A stretch of DNA of 64,000 nt, from NCBI GenBank assembly GCA_012295275.1, contig CM022665.1:40424001-40488000 (forward strand), read 5' to 3'. Numbering within the stretch: position 1 is the first letter of the stretch; every line of letters begins with the position of its first letter. This DNA is from Chrysomallon squamiferum. Taxonomy: Eukaryota; Animalia; Mollusca. This document shows, one piece after another, positions 59,401-64,000 of the stretch. The notes under the pieces are model-generated. The model searched no databases. It was not told the origin of the DNA and worked only from the letters and a program-made list of their open reading frames with translations. The position numbers were made by a program, and so were the translations under genes.

Positions 59401-61710
59401 GTGCTCGCGTTTTATGCAGTATTTTGCCAAATTTCATTTTTCTGACCATGGATCCTAAGAAAGTGAGTGCTGAGAAGAAGAAGCAGATGATGTCCATTGA
59501 ATTAAAGCATGAAATCAAAGAAGAACATGAATGAGGTATAGGTGTAGATGACTTGGCTAGGCAATACAAGCATCATACTTTACAATATGTACCATACTGA
59601 AGCAGAAGGAGATGATAAAGGCTATAACTCCAGCCAAGTTGTCCAATCTCCAAGATAAATACACTTTACAAATTATTTCTTCACATTCTCTATTATGTTT
59701 TTTTTTTATACAATATTTGGTATTTATAAATAAATTTTTCCTACCGTATATACTTGTGTATAAGTCGAATTTTTGGGAGACTATATTAAGGTAATATTTT
59801 GGGGGTCGACTTATACATAGGTAATGCTTTTGTAGCTGTTGCTGAAGAGTCGCCATTTTGACTATTTTTTGCTACGGGATGCATCTAAAATAATCACGGT
59901 CTTTCAGCTTTTCAAAAATATAATTTTATCGTATAAAAGATTTTGAAAAATTAAATAACAAAACCAAATATGAATGTAGAACATGATATTCTTCCATTTA
60001 ATGACATAAAAATACATTTTAAAGCGAGAAAACCGTCAGTACAGCATTATGCCTTACGGCGTCTTGCAATGATCTAGGAATGCAGACTTCTCTGCCAAAT
60101 TGCACTAAATAACAGTCCTAATTTCATAAATATCCACTACCGACAAATTTTGTAAATCATAGAACGGCTAAATATAACGGTAAGTTAGGTCTCCATGTTA
60201 GACCTATTACATTAAAGAGATACTATTTATGATACATTTAGTCTATAGCTCGTGTAATACATGCATTTACGTTATTATGGTATGTTCGTGCAAATTACAG
60301 CTCGTGCAAGTTATGTTACAGTAGGCGTACAATGTAGGCCTTCATGGCACTGTCACACTGGTCTAAAAATAGTGACGGTGCCTGGAATCTACAGTCGACT
60401 TATACACAAGTAATACCTAAAATGATGCAATTTTTGGTCTTAAAATACACATCGACTTATACATACAGGTCGCCTTGTACACAAGTATATACGGTATTTA
60501 AAAACACATTACAAAAAATTTTGGTTTTTTGGAAGCTGGAATGGATTAGTGATGTTTCAGTTAATTTGAGTTGGCAAAACTGAATTGATACATGAGCAAA
60601 TTCAGTTATGAGCTCAGTCATGGAATGAATTAAACTCGTAAGTCAAGGTACCACTGTATTTAAAAAAAAAATTAAAATTGTTTTATTTTTTATTATTCCT
60701 TCTTGGTGTTATTTTTTAACAAATTTGACCTTGAAACTCAAAAATATACATATATTAAAACTGCAGAAAATAAATATTAGTTATATATTAGCAATTGTTG
60801 AATAAATACTTGTGTATGATAAGAATAATATATAAACTTAAAGACAGTTAAATAGACAGAGAGACTGATAGATATTTTATAGATACAATGGTAAACAAAT
60901 GGAATGATATACTGATGGTATTACTCGTTTTAATCATGTTTTAAACATAACTTTCCTAAGCTTATTTTTAAGAGAAGAAATTAGAGTTCTCTGTTTCACT
61001 GTGCAACAATAAGTTAATCACATTTTCTTCATCGTTTTTTTTTTTTTTTTCTTCTTCTTCTAATCCATCATAAAAAAAAAATAAGAATTTAAAAAATTAA
61101 TTTAAAAATATTTTCAAAATAACGGCGAAAATTTCAAGCATAAATAAATATATAGAACTAAAAATGTAAATAAAGTTAAAAATGAAAATAACTTTCTCAA
61201 CTTGTATTAATCAATTTAATATTGTTGAGTTTATCATACAAAAATTCTGAATGAAAAATATTCAAATGGTTACATTATTGTTATAATTAGTTTACTTTTT
61301 CACTACCATAAAAATCTTGTAGATATATATTTTTTTTATTATTTATATTAACAACAATATGTAAAGGCCACAGGTTACATCATTATTATAATTAGTTTAA
61401 TTTTTCATCAGCATAAAAATTTGTAAATCTTTTTTTCTTTGTAATATTAACAACAATAATGTAAAGTCATTTTTTTTTTTTTTTTTTTTTTTTTTTGTCC
61501 ACTTTACATCGATCTTTCAAATGTTACGAACGATCAAGATTTCGATTCCTCCAGAAATGAACAAAACTGAATGAAATGCATATTTGAAACAACACTGTTT
61601 GCATTATGGAGTACTAAAGTTAAACTTGAGCACAATGTCGTGTTACCTTTTTCGGTCCTAGGCGAAAAACACAAATGTTGAAGTTGTACCGATATATCTT
61701 TCTCCGCCAT
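47421..61710 (-). CDS. Uncharacterised ~1,030-aa basic/low-complexity protein with a coiled-coil-like segment, NLS-like clusters and a 20x heptad repeat
   Basis: Model exons 61710-61647, 58575-58520, 57236-57169, 56688-56526, 55510-55217, 54744-54550, 51783-51671, 51263-51090, 50273-50105, 49658-49578, 49343-47708 and 47498-47421 (TAG). All introns are GT-AG and phases chain, except a 1-nt conflict at 51671/51263 beside an A7 run. The 1.6-kb open exon is strong evidence of coding. I recognise no folded domain. Confidence 0.7.
48839..49258 (-). repeat. Coding 21-bp minisatellite, 20 units, encoding (T/A/I)SPSFAQ
   Basis: Plus-strand unit of the type TGAGCAAAGGATGGCGATGTC; 420 nt in frame with no indels. 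Confidence 0.97.
50340..50750. repeat. Degenerate intronic AT-rich tandem repeat (~50-55 bp unit)
   Basis: Recurring ATAATTATTTATTATGAATCATTGTAAAC.GTTTTAAACAATA-like units. Confidence 0.6.
51436..51592. repeat. 22-bp intronic minisatellite
   Basis: About 7 units of the type AAACAATCCTGTCTCCTGATAT. Confidence 0.7.
53009..54127. mobile_element. Putative Tc1/mariner-pogo-type non-autonomous element
   Basis: TA|CAGTCAAACTTGGGTAA at the left end and TTACCAAAGTTTGACTG|TA at the right end (16/17 inverted match, TA flanks). It could instead be two inverted copies of a shorter element. Confidence 0.5.
57619..58457 (+). mobile_element. Decayed TIR DNA transposon with a trace of a pipsqueak-type HTH
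   Basis: Inverted ends GGGAGAGTGGGGCA and TGCCCCATTCTCCC. An internal translation SLQDVANYLKISKTPL near 58045-58090 looks like an HTH. Confidence 0.5.
59254..60656 (+). mobile_element. Internally deleted Tigger/pogo-like transposon
   Basis: Right TIR CTCGTAAGTCAAGGTACCACTG|TA (60635-60658); truncated left TIR GTACCTTGACTTAGGAG (59254-59270). Disrupted CENP-B-type N-terminus from 59448: MDPKKVSAEKKKQMMSIELKHEIKEEHE*GIGVDDLARQY, frameshift, TICTILKQKEMIKAITPAK. Confidence 0.8.
59744..60494. mobile_element. MITE nested inside the Tigger-like element
   Basis: TA|CCGTATATACTTGTGTATAAG ... CTTGTACACAAGTATATACGG|TA: TIRs with a TA target duplication, plus internal TCGACTTATAC subterminal repeats. 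Confidence 0.8.
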
Positions 61711-62180
61711 ATTCCAATTCATCAACGGAAAATATCGGGAACGTTCGGCTACATTCGTTTCCCGCCATCATCAAAAATTTCTCTACCGCGGGAAGAAGCT
61801 GTTCAACGGTCGAAGGAATATAAATACAAAAGAGAAACGAAATATGAAAATAATGAAGAAATTGCAAAATGACAGAAATAGATAAATCTAATAATTCTGA
61901 AACTGTTAGGTTTGGATAGTATAAATATTTTTTTTTTTTTTCTGAATAAAAAAGGGCCAAATGGAAATTCCAGCTTGCATAACTGTTACATAATATATAA
62001 TAGAACATAAAAATTAGCGAAAATTGGATGCCCAATAAAATACAAATTTATTAGCTCGAGTATCCTCTGGCTCAGACGGTTGGCAACAATTCCTTTTGGC
62101 TTTACATTCTTTTAGATCTTTTTAAAAAGTACCAAATCATCGATCGGAAATGTTCGGATATGCTAGAATTGACCTGAAAG

Positions 62181-62211
62181 TGACGTAATGGTCTGCTGCT
62201 TAACACGTGAC
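62181..62211. promoter_or_regulatory. CRE-type site and E-box upstream of the heptad-repeat gene
   Basis: TGACGTAA at 62181-62188 and CACGTGAC at 62204-62211, in a locally GC-richer patch ~470 nt upstream of the predicted ATG. Confidence 0.35.
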
Positions 62212-62604
62212 AGCTTTTCAGCGGGAAGAACGCAAGGGGTAATCTCAGTACACAGTACGTATTCTATTGTTCAAAGTTATTTCTTTAGAGTTTAATTGCA
62301 AGTTTAAACCTTTAAAGATGATTTTAAAATAATTTTCATTTACAAAATAAATACTGTTTCTATTTAAGACCTATTTAGTTTTTATTAAAAAAAAATAAGT
62401 ACAAGTCATAGCAACGACTATTGTTCTAGAAATATTTTTTTCTAGATGTTTTATTTAACTACTTCTTTTAATAAAGGTTATGTGATCATTTTTGCCAGAA
62501 TGGGAATAATCCTTCAGTGACAAATATTTTTAATATTTTAATAACATACTCTTTTACTTGATTCTTAAAATGTACATGGAGATAAAACGAGTAAACAAAT
62601 AAAG

Positions 62605-62640
<36 letters not shown>

Positions 62641-62816
62641 TCGCCGTAACTAAACTCTTTTTGAAATGAGGCAAAAGCTGATGTCTTTGAAATCAGTTAT
62701 GTCTTTGATCGCAATGATGTTGGTAGACTTCAAACGGTAGCTGCAGGGAGAAACAAATTCATTCAGTGGATATCGTTTCTGTTAGAATAGAAATTTATAT
62801 TTTATATTTTTTAAAT

Positions 62817-62861
<45 letters not shown>

Positions 62862-63199
62862 TTATTTATTTTATATATATATATATATGTATGTACGTAT
62901 GTATACACGTTAACAACAATGTTTACACAAATACAAAAACACATGACATAATAAATGTTTATTTCAGGATAATCATCATGGTAATGTATGTAACACTGAC
63001 AGTTGTACACGTGCTAATGTACTGTCTCACCGTAGGTAATACTAAAATGAATTATTTACTTTCAATATAAATAGAAAACACGACTGAAATATGTCTACCA
63101 ACACATTATATGTATAATATAAATACCTTCCAAACATCTGCTGGTTGAAAACTTTCACACGTTTGCACACACGCGTGCGCCTGTTGATATACATATGTA

Positions 63200-63325
<126 letters not shown>

Positions 63326-64000
63326 GACATACACTCACAGCTTTATCCTACTCAGATGGAATGGTGAATGCAGTTCAGCAAAGCCTCGCTGCATTCGGCA
63401 TTCTAACCTTTATAGGATAATGCTAATATCTTAAGACACTAACCGGTTATTCCATACTTAATAGAAATAAATCCCGTGTTAATTTAAAAAGGTAAGATGT
63501 ATATTGCGTAAAACTTGTTATATTGCAGTCGTGAATCAAGCACAATATTATTATTCCAACAGTATTAGGCCCGTGCGGCCAGCTCGTGAATATGAATGCA
63601 ATGATGATGGAAATGAAGAGATGGAAGATGAATTTGATATTTCCGATGTCGATGATGACATCGTCAGCTGGACACTAACCGCGGAAGAATGAGAAAATAA
63701 AGAAAATAGAGATAAAACAACAAAATATGCACTTTTTAATTTTTTGTATCACTTAACATAAACTGGAATCAGTTAAAATACACATGTATCAGTACATTTA
63801 TTTTCTGGTGTTTTTGTTTTGTTTTGTTTTGTTCTTTATTTGTTTCTTTGTTTTTGAATAAATTAAAATAATAATTGTAATAATTTAAATAATTTGCAGA
63901 CTCATATTTAGGGAGGGTTCAAGACTGCGGCGAGCTATATTTCAAAAAGATTCGAGTTATACATCCAAAGAAAATATGCTATAAAAAAATAAATAAACAA

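Noticed and set aside
47421-61710. RPB1 (POLR2A) itself
   Set aside because: No polymerase motifs such as NADFDGD are seen, and the heptads are internal and non-canonical.
63504-63692. Acidic ORF ending EEMEDEFDISDVDDDIVSWTLTAEE
   Set aside because: Short, with no clear start or splice context and no recognisable family; possibly transposon debris.

Overview
AT-rich, microsatellite-dense eukaryotic (animal) genomic DNA with GT-AG introns. A mollusc/invertebrate origin is my impression only. Most six-frame ORFs are microsatellite artefacts, so I assembled the genes by hand from splice sites and intron phase. In order: (1) a + strand ATF3/Fos-family bZIP gene (166 aa) with a CRE+TATA promoter; (2) a - strand tandem array of five small claudin/PMP22-superfamily tetraspan genes over ~21 kb (three intact, one with a 1-nt frameshift, one decayed), with a duplicated terminal exon; (3) a MULE-like transposase relic between diverged direct repeats; (4) SLC35F6 on the - strand, with two CLEAR-type E-boxes beside its start codon and lysosomal-type sorting motifs in its tail; (5) a ~1,030-aa uncharacterised - strand gene for a basic, probably nuclear protein carrying 20 tandem heptads whose rotated consensus FAQTSPS parallels the RNA polymerase II CTD heptad YSPTSPS. 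The heptad array is the most intriguing item. Several TIR elements (one nested inside another) and a tRNA-derived SINE head are also visible.
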